Assembly (NCBI RefSeq): GCF_009914755.1
Contig: NC_060929.1
Length of the DNA stretch: 64,000 nt
Direction: 5' to 3' (one strand)
DNA from: the human T2T-CHM13v2.0 reference genome, Homo sapiens
Within the stretch, counting starts at the first letter, position 1; every line of letters begins with the position of its first letter. The position numbers and the translations under genes are program-made. Under the pieces are notes generated by a model that ran no database searches, was not told the DNA's origin, and was given only the letters and a program-made list of their open reading frames with translations. Below, one piece after another: positions 12,892 to 26,963 of this stretch.

Positions 12892-15800
12892 CTATAAAGA
12901 GAAACCATGTGCAGGAGGACTTTAGAATAACAGTAATTTAAATGCAAACAATGATTGCACTGATGACAACTATTCCTCTGATGTTAACCCAGAAGGACTG
13001 CAAAAGATGCCAAGTTTTTGAGCCTCATTAACTGTGAGGAAGGCCTCTAACAAAGATGCTCACGTTATTATTAACCCCTCAACCAGGATATCAGCACCCA
13101 AATTGGCAAAGGACACAAAGCTGAGACTCAGCTTATATGGAAAATAACAGAAATAGGAACCAAGCAGATTACCTGGATCTAGTAAGATAAATTTTAACAG
13201 AGAGAAGTACAAAACTAACACGTGCAAAAAATTAACTGTATTCGTTAATTGAGAACCCTGGTTCATGGAGAATTGTGGTTCGTGGAGAAACGTGGTTTGA
13301 CAAGAGCATCTCTAGAGGACAGTTCAGTGTTTTGGCTGACCATACATTTGGCACGAGTCACAGTTTAGTTCGAGACTGTCAAAAGAAAGCAAAATGCAGC
13401 AAAACAAAAACAAAACCAAAACCATCGTGCTCCTGGACAGCATGCGAACCACAAAGCTGCAGAATGCGAAAGCTGAATGCAGGCTGCAAATCCTTGTTTC
13501 TATGAATAGTACCACCCAAAAAGGAAAGCATTTCCACAGTTTAGACCTTGGGACTAAGGAAGGGACCAACCCACTCTGCTCTGTACTGAGCAGACACCCT
13601 GAGAAATGAGTTCATGTCTGGCTACATCCCTCTGCTGGGTAGTAACTGATAGAAGTTAAGCAGCCCAGTGAGAAGCTAGTGACCACAAGACGGACCTGGA
13701 AAGGTTAAAGCTGAAGAAGTAATGACTCAATAGAGGAGTGAAAGCTGGCTCTAAATATTTAAAGAACTTATTAAAACACAAATTGCTGAGCCTCACGGGT
13801 TCCCAGGCGATGCTGATGTAACTGGTCCTGAGGCCACACTTTGAGAACCGCTGCTCTAAGTAACAAAATTGTAGTTTGTTTTTGTAATACTCTGTAGTTC
13901 TAAGATTCCACTAAGACCCGATGGCCTGTTTCTCAGTAAATCCACATTGGGAAGAATTTACTGGTTTTGAAGCCTCACACATTTGTGATTAAGATTATGT
14001 TCTTTTTAACATTTCATATCGCTTAGCAGAAATTCAATCTTTCCTTTCTGCCCCTTAGTGTTTCTTATTAGTTCAGCTTCATAAAGCAGACTTCTGTTTC
14101 TGCTTCATTTTCTGGCATCTTATATGGTAGACATTTTTCCTCTGGTCTTCTTCCACTTTGCCTGTATTTTTCTGTTACGTTCAGCAGATCAAACTTCATA
14201 ACATATTAAGTTGTGAGCTACCTTTATCAAATGATATCTGGCTCCCCACATCTAAAATAGTAAATACTGATCCAATCCTGTCTCCAAATGCCCACACTGA
14301 GCCCACCATCCCCAGAGATCTATTAGGATGGAAACGGCTGCATTCAATTCCTGATTAATTTTCTTTTCTCTTATGTACTTGAAGCTTCAGTCTTTAGATC
14401 CCACTAGGAAAATTACAAGCATATGGGAATGCATATAAATGACATGCAAAGTAATGCAAATTAATACAAAACATACATCTCTAAATTGCTTGAGAAAAGT
14501 CTGTAAGCCTCAATGTTGATGTTATCTGCTTTGCTTCACTACACTCTGGCAAGCAGTGACTGGATCCCTTTATTACAGTTAATTTTATACAGCATCGAGC
14601 ACCTGACACTTGTTGACACATTAAGTAGAAGGTGCCTTGCCTTGTGAGTCAGGCAAATCGGATCCTGGCCTTAACTTTGCCATTCCTTGGCTGTATGGGC
14701 TTGGACAGGTTCTCAACATTCTCTACGTTTCAGATTCTACAACCAGAAATGATAGAAATGGCATCATGATAATAAAACCACCAGCACTAAGGTTTACTGA
14801 GCACTTTATGTGCTTGCATAATGCACACAGGCAATCCTTACAACAGCCCACAAGGAGGTGCTGTAGAGCACGTACCCCTTAGGTGTGGTGCCGTTTCAGA
14901 GACCAGGAAACTGAGACAGGAATGTCAGGAAGCTTGGGCCTGGTCCTAAGCTAGGCAGTGACAAGAGTCAGACCCAGGAGCTCAGCAGTCTCACTGCGAG
15001 GCCTTGCTCTTAGCCATGCTGCATCTCTGTTGCGTGATTATCATCCATGTTTCTCCTAAACATTACATTTGTATGATCTGTGAAGTAAATCACTCGCAGT
15101 CACACGTGCTTTAAAACACTGTTTCTGTAAGATGTTGACAGTTTACATTACATGAGCTTGATATCAAAATACCATCGCAATCCAAGGGGGAGGGGATCCA
15201 GACATCCTGTGTGTTCAGCTTCTCCTTCCAACTCGCTCCATCGCATTCACATATGTCTAAGGCTCCCTCATCTTAAAGTACCTAGCCCTCCGTCCCACCT
15301 CTCACTCTGGGAGCAGCTTCCAGTCCTCAGACACCACCGCCTCGCCCCACCCCATCCACCCCAGGATTCAGACCACACCCCTCGTACAGAGGACCACCAT
15401 CTGTGGAGAGTCAGCCAGCGAGTGCACTATGTGGCCACTAGGGAAGCCATTCCACTTAGGAGCCTCGAAAGCTGCCCAGACCCAATAAAACCAAACTTGT
15501 CTTTCCTCCTCCAATGTTCCCTGTTTCCGTAAATACCAGCACCCAAGCTTAGAGGGAGTCACGCTGCACTCTCACACCCTACACAAAACTCATCTGCTCT
15601 CACACCCTACACAAAACTCAGCCCCAGGTCTCTCCAGAGCCGGCCTTGAATCCGCCCAACGTGTCATCCCTACTGGCACTACCTCAGTCTCAACTGCCAG
15701 GCCTCCTGCACCCTCTGACCCAGCCCTGTCTACTTAGGGGCTCCTCAAGTCCATTCTCCACGGGGCAGCTGGAGTTTTGTTTTGCTTTTAATCCATATCT

Positions 15801-17024
15801 CATCTGCGTACTATCAGGTGTGAAACTGTCCTGAGGATCCACTCGCCACAATGCCCCTTGGCATCACCTGGCAGTGGTATCTGCTGGCCTCCCCGGTGCC
15901 ATTCTCCATCCTCCCCTCAGGTCATACTGAACCTGTCTTTTCTTCCACCTCTCAGGCTCTCCTCTCCTCTGGTCTCAGCACACACCATTCCCGGGGATGG
16001 GAATACTCCCCTTTCTCACCTCTCCCCTCCCCCATGGCTGCTTAGTTTACACAGCTCCCACTCATCCTTGAGCCCACCTTCAGTCTCCCCAGCAAGGCCT
16101 CCTGCCTCAGCACAGATGCAGTGAGCTGCAGCACATCTGCGCCTCACAGCAGCCAATGCGCTGTTCACATTGGGACAGTTCACAGCCTGGTTCACAGCCA
16201 GTGCTCAACACAGGTGGCCTGAAGAACTCACTTTTCAGCCTTGCTTTGCTCATTTTTACTGTCTCACTGCTTTCTTCCCGCCTTGTAGCCTAAGAAGGAA
16301 ATCCCCTGAAGCTGACTCCGTTTTACCTCTCCTATGTGGTGCTGTGATAAGCCCCAGGTCACCAGGTCATGCTCCCAGCACCCGTGGGTCAAGGATGAGG
16401 CAGAAACAGCACCGTCAGGTACAGGGCCCTCTACCTGCTCTCTCTCCCTCTCCCTTCCTAGAAAACAACCATAGGTCATTCAAAGTCAGTTTGGGAAGCA
16501 CCTGTATTTATGGCCTGCTTATCTTGAAGGCACTTGGCCAGGTGCCATAAAGTGCTAACTCTGACTGCCCGACTATGCCATTCACCCCACCTACCTCTGT
16601 GCAGGAGATGTGACATTTAGCAAATCAGTATAAACTTTTTCCCCCAAAGAAAAGAGTATAAACCTTCTCATCCCACCACCACCCCGCAGCAGGAAACTCC
16701 TTTCAGTCTCCCCATAGAAAATTCAGCGGCCACACAGTTCCTTGGCTATTGTTTCTCTCCTGATACCAGAAAGAGATAAATCAACAACACATCTTAACTG
16801 GTCATTTCTCACACAAAATTGGATCCTTAGAAAGTGCAACATAGGATATGCTCTCTATAATGATTCACTTTTTCACTTTTAAAGATTTTACTTCCTTAAG
16901 AGACTATCAACAAAAGCTGTCAGAATGAACTGTTAGTTTCTAGAATGTTTTAGGCTTATTGATGCTTTAATAGGGACATGTTTTATGAATGCAAGATCAA
17001 AAAGGGCGACTTCTGTCTACTCAC

Positions 17025-17083
17025 ATGAGACAATTAAACGCATTATATTAGCCCCAACTCTGTTAATCTTCTGGTTTGTTGTT
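17025..17083 (-). other. GCNT4: GCNT4 non-coding exon 2 (59 bp)
   Basis: About 30-nt T tract (plus-strand A run 17101-17131) followed by first AG at 17085-17084; donor CAT|gtgagt; size agrees with the recalled GCNT4 5'UTR layout. Confidence 0.7.
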
Positions 17084-17149
17084 CTTCCATTTTTAAAGAC
17101 AAAAAAAAAAAAAAAAAGAAAAAGAAAAAAATGAATTTAAAAAGTGCCC

Positions 17150-19300
17150 CAAGGCCAATATCGCCTCTCTGCCTGCCCAACGAGGGGACAATACACTGTT
17201 TCCCAGACTACGTGACTCGGAAAACTTCCCCGTCAGGGAAAGCTGAGTCTTTAAATTTACAAAACACCCACTCGCCCCGTTTACCTAGCACCGTTTCCTA
17301 CGTGAAGACTGCAAATGGACTCGAGCGTCCCGTTTCTCGGCTCGGATCCCAGAAGCTCCCGACCCGCTGTGGTAGGCACCGCCACCTCGCAGGCAGACGA
17401 TCCCGGCCCGCTCTGCGGCACAAAAAACTTGACCTTAAAAAGCCCAGAAACTGGTCTCTGGGAAGGGCGCGGCCTGGGAGGCGCGGCCCGCAGCTTCCGC
17501 CCCCAAAGAACAACTCGGAGGCCCCCTCCAGCCCCGGTTGCCCTGGCGCAGAAGCCGCGGTAGCAGTCCTTTCAGGCGCCCCGCGTCCCTGTCCCGAAGC
17601 CCAGGGGCGGGGGCTCGGGCAGCATCGCTTGTCCCCTCTGGTCCAGGGCTGCGGAGAAGCGGCAAGCGGCTCCGAAAGGCAAGCGTCACGAAGCCGGGCT
17701 CAGTAGCTCCCCCGGGCCCCCTGCGCCTCGCAGCGGCGCGGGCCAGGCTGGGCGGCGCTGGGCTCTGAAGGGCCAGGACGGCGGGATGCCCCTGCTCCCG
17801 GCAAGGGCGCGCCCACGAGCCGCTTCTTGGCACTTGGGGAGAGTCCCGGGAAAGCCCGGCGCCGGCGCGCTCGCGACTCCAGCCTGGCGGCTCCACTCCG
17901 CCCGCGAGCCCAGGAAGCCGGCTCCGCGGCCCGCGCCCGTTATCCAGGACACGCTCCGCGCCCGCCGCCCGCTGCCCTTTCCCCCCGCTGGCCTCGGGGA
18001 ACTTCCCCGCGTCTGGCCGCAGGCGGCGGCTGCCGCGGGGAGCCCCGAAGTTGCGGCGTCTGCTAGGCGCGCGCCGGGTCGCCCACCCGGCCCGTGACGC
18101 TGTGTCCGTCCGCCGCGCGCTCTGGTGGCCCCGGGGCTCCTGCAGGCGCGGAGAGAGGCCGGGGTTCAGCCCGGTTCCCCGCGCGGCTCCGAGAGGGCGC
18201 CCCCGCCTGCCGCCTGGAGATGGACGCGGCGCCGAAGTTTTCCCCGGCGGGAAAACGAAAGTCGTGAGGAGCAGAGGGTCGGGGCGTCCCGGCGGAGACG
18301 AGGCTGAGACCGGGTTAACATCTCCAGCCCCGGGCGACCCTCGCTCCCCCGCGTGGCCAAGTCGACTTACGAGAGGGAGCGGGCCAGCCCCGAACGCGGG
18401 GTCCGTGCGGCTGCGGAGGCCGCCCCGGCGGGGGCCGAGGGTTGCGCTCTGGGTTCCCAGGCTCTCCGCGGCGGCTCGCTCTCGCCGCGCTCCTCCGTCG
18501 CCCTGCTGGGGAGCCGCTCTCGCCCGGCCCGGGGTGGGAGAGCGCTGAGCGGCCCCCGTGACGTGCGGAGAAAGTAGGAGCGCCTCCGCGCTCCCGCAGA
18601 GGGAGCTCCCTGCCCTGCGCTCCCAGTCCCCGGGCCGCGCTTCGGACAAAGTTCTCAGGCGCGCGCGGTGATCTCGGCTCTCCGCCGCTGCCCGGAGCGT
18701 CATCCACGTTCGGTTCCCTCCCACATTAGACAAGAAATCTGAGGTCAGGAGAGCTAAGTAACTTGCCCAAAGTCGCTCACAAGGCAGTGACGAAGCAAAC
18801 TCACATCCGCGGCTCCTTTTTTCTCCTTGAACGCCGGGCTCTGCGGAGGCTCAGGCCCTGCAGGAATCGCCCAACCAGACAGAAGGCAGCTCGCTCTCAT
18901 GGGTGAGACGAGGAGTGTCCCACGCAGCCGCGAGAAATATTATCAGCAGCGTGGGAAGGTGGAGCTTTTTGCCGAATAACTAGAGTGCAAAGTTGTTTTT
19001 CAAACAGTGCCTACATGCCAAATCGGCTTGCTTTTTATCCTCAAGCGAGAGTGAGGGTGGCGGCTGTGCGGACGCCAATCGGGATCACCGAATAAGTGCA
19101 GTGGAAAGAAAGCACACAGCCACTTAACCAATTGGCCGACATCAAGGACTTGGCCTTCCGAGCGGGTTCTTGTGAATATGCTAACTTTGTAAAGCGGGCG
19201 CACCACGCTGTGCTTGCTATTCACGCACTTCCAGGAGTCTCCCGCGAGGCTCCACGTCCTTTCGGGGCCGGGGGCTCCCAGGGCTTGCCTTTCAGGGCAG
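17150..19300. promoter_or_regulatory. GCNT4: CpG island promoter of GCNT4 (minus-strand transcription)
   Basis: Very high GC and CpG density against a CpG-depleted background; minus-strand donor at its left edge. Confidence 0.88.
17285..17420 (-). other. GCNT4: GCNT4 non-coding exon 1 (5' boundary/TSS approximate)
   Basis: Donor TAG|gtaaac at 17285/17284; TATA-like TTTTTAAG on the minus strand near 17434-17441. Confidence 0.65.
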
Positions 19301-20255
19301 GGAGTGGCACCAGACAAGTCAATCCCAGTCGGTTTGTTCCTTTATCCCTTGCGTCAATCAGTGTTGACTGAGGGCCTGCAATGTGCATGGCTGTTGGGTG
19401 GGGAGCTGGGTAGGACCTAGGACCTAGGACCCAGTGAATCTCAAAGAGGGAGGGTCACATGGGTCCCCATATGCTTCACTCCCAGAATCTGGAATCTGCC
19501 CAAAGCAGTAGAGAGACTTTAAGTCTACCCCAGCCCCCACGCCTTTTTAAAAACTCCCTGTGTTCGGAGAGCAAGTGTTTTAATATTCGTTTTACAGACG
19601 TACTTTCAAGCAAATGGCCAGCTTTGCCTTCATTTTCTCCCCATGGGACCGCCTCTTTCTGGAATAATAATTTACACTTCCTGGGTCTCCCTCATTTGCA
19701 CATGATGATGGCGATAGTCATGATGGTAAAAACAATTAAGGCTTCTATTATCCACCCTGGGCACTGTTCTAAGCAATTTATGCGGATTAACTCTTTCAAT
19801 CCTCACAACTTTATGAGGGAGGTGCTATTTTAATTCTGATTTTACCGATGATGAGAGGGAGGCAGGTGAGGTGACATAACTTGCCAGTAAGTGGGTGGTC
19901 TGAATGGTGTCCATGCTCTTAACCACTGAGGTCTCCAAGACTGGAATTTAAAGGGACCACTAGCCATCATTAACCACAGCTTACACATCTCAAACAAGCC
20001 ATGCTAGGAAATACATGCACTTCCTCCTAAAGAGGTCAATTTTATTATTTTGCGTGTATCATGTCATAAAGTGGATATCCATTCACTCACTTGCTCCTCT
20101 ATTTCCAACTTCCAAATCAACTATTTTGTCCTAAAGCAAACTATTTCTTAAAAACCTATTCATCATAAAGTTTCCAATTTTTGTTTTGGATTGTTTTATT
20201 CTCAGACCATACCCAGCTGTTTCCCTCTCCTTTCTACTCACTGCCTTAAGTTACG

Positions 20256-20288
<33 letters not shown>

Positions 20289-20566
20289 TGAGACGGAGTC
20301 TTGCTCTGTCTCCCAGGCTGGAGTAAGGTGGTGCAATCTCGGCTCACTGCAACCTCCGCTCCTGGGTTCAAGCGATTCTCCTGCCTGAACCTCCTGAGTA
20401 GCTGGGACCACAGGCGCACACCAGCACGCCCAGCTCATTTTTGTATTTTTGGTGGAGACGGGTTTCACCATATTGGCCAGCCTGGTCTCAAACTCCTGAC
20501 CTGGTGATCTGCCTGCCTCGCTTCCCAAAGAGCTGGGATTACAGATGTGAGCCACTGCGCTTGGCC
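20256..20566 (-). mobile_element. AluS
   Basis: Long T tail plus reverse dimer. Confidence 0.92.
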
Positions 20567-20704
20567 AGGTTACTCTCTTTCATCCCTTAAAAACTTGTTG
20601 TAACCGGCCCTGCAGGTCTTCTGAAAGTGGGTTGCCCAAAGATGGTAGTGGCCCCAGAATGGTCTCTGCCACATTGTAAGCATGCTCATTGTGCTCAGCA
20701 TTCC

Positions 20705-21112
20705 TGTGTTATTCTCCTAGGACTGCCTAACAAATACCACTGACTGCACAACTTAAAACAACAGAAATGTATTTCCTCATAGCTCTGGAGGCTGGAAGCC
20801 TGAAATCAATGTGTTAGCAAGGCTGGGATCCCACTGTGCCCCCTCCTAGCTTCTGGTGATTGCTGATAATTCCTGGCATTCCTTGGCTTGCAGATGCATC
20901 ATTCCAGTCTCTGGCCTTTTCCTGTGTGTCCTCTGCAAACACATTTCCCTCTTCTTTAAGGATATTGGTCATTGGACATAGGGCCCACCCTAATCTAGTA
21001 TGACCTCATTTTAACTTGATTACTTGGCAAAAACCCTATTTCCAAATAAGGTCACTTTCACAGGTTCCAGGTGGACATGAATTTTCAGAGAATGCTGTTT
21101 AACCTGGTGCAG
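20705..21112 (-). mobile_element. MaLR LTR (MLT1B/C-like)
   Basis: aacttaaaacaacagaaatgtatt...cctatttccaaataaggtcac. Confidence 0.75.
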
Positions 21113-21625
21113 TCTCCAAAAGTCATTGTTAATAAAAACATATTGCCTGAGCTAAGGATGCAAAGAGGTGTAAGTCACAGCCCCTGCCCTCCAAGAAACT
21201 CTAGTTACAGAAGTAGTCCTTGCACTGAGAACATAAAGACAGGCGTCACTAAGAGCCAACTAACTGAAGCCAAATGAAAATCTAGGGACCAAATGGCAGC
21301 TGTACACAAGGAATTCAGCCAAAGGGGCACATTCACTGAGGATACGGCTGCAAGACTTCACTCAAAGGTGAGGGTGATTCAAACACATCTGTGAGGGAAA
21401 AATTGAAAAAGCAAAGAGAAATAAGGAGAGCTTCTCAGAAACACAGCTCCAAGGGGAAGAGCATGCTGGCAGAATTTTGCTTCTTGAGTTTCATGCAGAA
21501 ATGAAAGACTGAAGGGATGCAAATACCTACCATCCTGAGTATAAGAACATGGTGAATTACTCTTACTGTACTAATAGCATGCTGTAATGCTATAACAATT
21601 AGCATGCTTTAAAGTGCTCTCTTCA

Positions 21626-22023
<398 letters not shown>

Positions 22024-23814
22024 TCAAACAGTCAAGTAACTCGCAAAGGTCAAACAGCAAATCATTTATAGAGTTGATATGAAGCATATTTGCATGGATA
22101 TTCCTCAGTTAGGAATGTCCCCATGATGTTGGCTCGTGGGCCAGCCTTCCAGTATTTATTGCATTGTTTTTGGTCCAAAGAAAGCATTTAAAGAAAAAGA
22201 GAATCCTGCAAGAAATGGAAAGTTTTTCTAACAGCTACGTGAATCTCAAACTGGAATTGTGAAAAACCTTCCCCAGACATCTGAACTGGTTTCACTAAAC
22301 CTTCAGAGGATTTGCAAGTGTATTGAAGTCTCCTTTAGGCCTTCAGAGACTTAATAGGATCTAGTGGGCTTCTGCAGAACTTCGCTGATTATCTTAAAGA
22401 AATAGGGGTTGAATGAAACTTTGAGGGCACTCAGAACACTGAGAAGTTGAGGGGAAGCTGAGTAAAAAACAAGAAATTACATTACAGGATGGTATGCCAG
22501 CAGAAATTGACAATTAAAACTCAGTATCTGATCTCACCAATGTGTAAAGTTATACACAGACGACCAGATCATGGCATGTTTTGAAAATTTTCTGATAAGA
22601 ATCTGCAACTATGACTAGCAACGGAAAGCAAGCAGGAAGTCTAGTGTTGGGCTGAGTATCTGATGATTTAATGTGTTTCCCTGGATTTTCCTTTGCTTGG
22701 CAAGCAGGTAACTTGCTGAATCTTCTGCTGGCTATCTTTAAAAATATATTTAAGCTTGAAATGCTTTTGATTCTAGTGTGATTCACTGAGTCTTGGTTGT
22801 GCATAGTGCTACACTGGTTGCTATGGGAGAGTACAAAAATATAAAAGACAGCTCCTGACCAAAAGAAAATCTCATCTAATTCAGGACACATGAGACATAT
22901 AGAATAAAAATTATATAAGTGTGGTTGCAATGGAATTTGTAAGCAGTTATTACTCAGTTCACTGTTCAGATGTGACTTCTTGAAAACAGGCCCTCCTTGG
23001 CTACTCTTTTTAGAACAACGGCCTGTCCCACCTCCACATCACCTGTTGGCCTTTTTCCTGCTCTGTGGTCTTTATGACACTTATTACTATCTGAAATTAA
23101 ATTGTTGCTTGTTTACTCTGCTCCTAGACATACTATCTCTGAGGGCATGAGCTTTATCTTATTCTCTGCTGTATTCCTAGCACCTAAAGAAATGTTGGGA
23201 ACATATTAGGTGCTCATTAAATGGTTGTTAAATAAATGAATAAAATACATATTAACCAACTGAGAATGGACTAAGATAGCTTGGATTAATGCTCCTCACA
23301 TTTGCCTGATAAGACTCATCTAGGCATTTGGAAAAAAATTTGCTGCAGGTTCTGATTCAGTAAGCCTAGAGTGGGGCTCAGGAATCTATAGTTTTAAGAC
23401 ATATCCCAGGTGATTCTTTTAATAGGACTGTCTGGGAAACGTGCATTACTACAGTAATAGAGGGTTGGTGGGAAAGAAAAGTGAATTGATAACAGCAGGT
23501 TGCAGAGGTCAGTGGCTGTTCATTGTAGTTATCTGGAGGAGATTTTAAAAATACTGATACCCACTCCAGACCAATGAAATTAGAATCTCTTAGGTGGGGG
23601 CAAACTTGGGCAGGGTATTAAAGCCCAAGGCAGAGCCCTCATGATGTAATCACCTCTTAAGGGTTCCGCCTCTCAACACTGTTGCATTGAGGATTAAGTT
23701 TCCAACACATGAACTTTGGAGAACACATTCAAACCCTAGTCCCTGGGACTACTGATGCTCAGACTCATTCTCAAAGATTCTGCTGTATTCGATATAAGGG
23801 AGTTGTTTTTCTTT

Positions 23815-23862
23815 GTGTGTGTGTGTGTGTTTGTGGGTGGCAGAGAGGAGAGAGAGAGAGAG
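23815..23862. repeat. Compound (TG)n/(AG)n microsatellite
   Basis: Direct reading. Confidence 0.85.
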
Positions 23863-26800
23863 AGGCCGCAGTGTTGCTAATTAGAGGTTTAGAAAGAAAG
23901 AGGAGAGCCTGGCCCATATAATCTTCATAATAACAACAGCTATCATTTATTGAGCAGTCACTATGTATCAGCCACTGTGATGCCTGCTTTGCACAGAGTA
24001 CCTCATTTAATCCCCCACAAAAACTGTAGGAGGGAGGCACATTGGCAGCCCCATTTACAGACATAGGATGAGACTGGGGAGGATTACAAGGTTCTATGAC
24101 TAGGGATTGGTAGAGCTGGGATGTCAGCCTAGAACTTATACTCATATCCTCTGCCAAAAACAGGTCTGAAGAGAATGTCAACAAGGAGAAATTCTCTGTG
24201 GTAGAGGTCACGTCCAGTCATTTTAAGCTATTTGCTGTGCTGTGTTGTGCTATAATTCTTTCCTCTTTGCCAGCAAGCCTTAAGCAAAGCTTGTTCCACA
24301 TCAGCTGGCATGGATGGTGCTGTGGGGAAAAAGGAACCAGGTGGGGTGAGGTTAGCATAAGGCAGAAGGATGGAGGAGGTGGCGACAGCACTAGAGACTG
24401 ACAGCAATGCCCAGGGACCAACCTGACCGGCAGGCTGATGGAGAGTTTCATAGAAAAGCAGCCATAGTGGGAGAATGTAACTTCTTGGGGAAAATGTAGA
24501 GAAATGGGGTAGAGGTACTAAAAGTGGGGTGTTAGTGGACTGCGAGGCTCAAGTCATCCCACAGTGCTTCTAAAGGAAAAGACGGTCCACAATTCCAGAG
24601 GGCTAGGGCCTCTCTGGGCTTGCATTACTACATATAAAGTCATTTGTGTCACAGAGCTGGGCTCTTCTAAATTTTACTGTCTATTTTTTTTTATTTATCC
24701 TGGATTTTGGGTGGGGGCTAAGACACATTTTCTTAAACCTTTTCATTTCCATCATCAGCATTTCTTTTGGGGCCATTTTTACACAAAGAAAAATAGTTTT
24801 GACTTTGCTCTATTTAATCATTTCATGACAGTTACTGTGTAGGCAATAAGGAACAGAGAACAAAAAAGCTATGCTGAGATAAAGATGTAAGGTGACTGGT
24901 GAGGCTCACCCACCAGCTAGGCAACTTGCCTTACCACTTCCTTGCCTCCAGCTTTGAAGGATAACATAGAACCTCATATCTCAGCCAAACTGCCATACGT
25001 CACGGAACTTTAAGATGTCTTGAGAACAGCCAAAAACATAAATGTTAACTGCTTTTAACTTTTAGAATACCAGTATTGACATTACAGCTTCAAATGTTTG
25101 CATCTACCATTTCTACTTTAAAGCTTAAAAAGCATCGTAGCCCAAAAGAAAAAAATAGGAACTTAAAAATATGTCCAGGAATTGAGAAGTTAACCACAAA
25201 TCCTGACCTAGGGGCTAAAGTCTGAGGCAAGTTGATTTGACATGGCCTCAAATTCTGTTCCTCTTATTTAGATGGCTAAAAAAAATTAGGGACATAAGAA
25301 CATTAAAATGAAGTTTAAGGAGAAATGAATCACATTTCTTGGCTTTTACATGTTAAGAAAGATGTGTCCCTCGTTTCCTTAAAATAGGCTTCAACAAAAT
25401 GAGATGAGAAAAAAATTGGAGAGGGACTCCAAAGAAACACATGCAGAGCTGATGTGCTCGTGGCCTTCAATAGCACAGAAAATCCAAAGGGACTTAAAAT
25501 CCAGGCCCACTGGGCACATACATTCACTTAAAAGCAACAAGCTAGTTCCCAGTGCACATTGAATTTGAGAAATATCTCGAATGGAATAAGATTTGAATAA
25601 AGCTTTTTTTTTTCTTTTTTTCCTGGAATGCGCTAGATTGGAAAAGAGAGAGACTCAAGAGCAGGTACTAATGTGTTTATATTAGAACTTATCAGTGAGG
25701 CTTCTGCATTCCATTTTCTCTCAGTGAGTTTATGTTTATCTTTTTAGAGACAGGGTCTCACTCTCTCACCCATGCTGGAGCACAGTGTTGCAATCATAGT
25801 TCACTGTAACCTCGAATTCCTGGGCTCAAGCGATCCTTCTGCTTTAGCCTCCCAAAGGGTTGAAATTACAGACGTGAGCCACCCAGGCTTGGCCCTCAAT
25901 GAGTATTTCTGTCTGCCCTGTCTGCCTTTCATTCATTCGAAGGGAGCAAAAGTTGACTTCCCCAGCATGTATAAGTGGAAGGAATCAATAGGGCCACCAT
26001 TACTCAGAATGATTCTGACACTGTTTTAATAATTTAACGTATATTTTCAGGTAAATACTTTTGGTTGAGCAAGAGACATACACAGTGCCTAACAGCATGA
26101 GCTCTGATGCCAGATTACCAGGTTCGAATCCCTGCTCCACCATTTGGTAGTTGCTATGTGGTCACATTACTTCATCCTGCACCTGCTACCTCATGTGCAA
26201 AATGGGGATAATAATAATCTCCCACCTTTTAAGTTGTGGTGAGGATTAAATGAGTTAATACATCAAAGGTGCTTATAACAATGACTGGTATATATAAGTG
26301 CTCAATAAATATTAGCTCTTACCCCAATCTCCTCCATCCTCCCTCCCCCATTTTGTTTCTGCTTGCTTATTTGTTTTTTAGCTGGCAGAGTCTGGAATTT
26401 GTGCAGCGGACTGCTCACCTGCACATGTGCATGTACTTCTCTCAACCAATTAAGGTAACACCACTTCCCTGGCTAGAGAGGAATGGTAGGTGGTACAGTT
26501 CTGGCCGATGAGACACAAGTTTCCTGGGGTTAGAGTGTGTTCAGGGAAGGTTTCTTTCCAAAATAAATGTCTTGGAAAAAATGTCTAATTCCTTATCCTA
26601 ATGATGCTATTTCTACATGTATAACAACCTGTAACAGCACAGCCATCTTGGCACTGTGAAGGGACCAAGAAGAATTGTGAAAACAATAATGACATTGTTG
26701 AGTTGAAGACTTAATCAACCCTGAAGTTCCTGCCTCTGGATCTGTTAAATGAAATGATAAATTTTCCTTATTGCTTATGCCATTTTGAGTAGGGTTTTCT

Positions 26801-26963
26801 GTTGTTGTATCTGAAAACACTAACTGGTTGATATTTCTCGATCACCTACTATGTTCAAGATATTTTATAGGGAATACAAAGTGTAAAACCCTGAACCTGT
26901 TCTCAATAAGTTTTTCAGATACATGAGGTAGATAAACCATAAACAGAAAACTAGTAATGTCAG

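Noticed and set aside
15569-15620. Exact 24-bp tandem duplication ctctcacaccctacacaaaactca
   Set aside because: Ordinary local slippage duplication with no sign of function
17435-18733. 432-aa ORF and many overlapping ORFs in the CpG island
   Set aside because: R/G/P/A-rich low-complexity translations in all frames are expected where GC content suppresses stop codons; no domain is recognisable and the 432-aa ORF starts at a non-ATG codon inside a MIR-like segment
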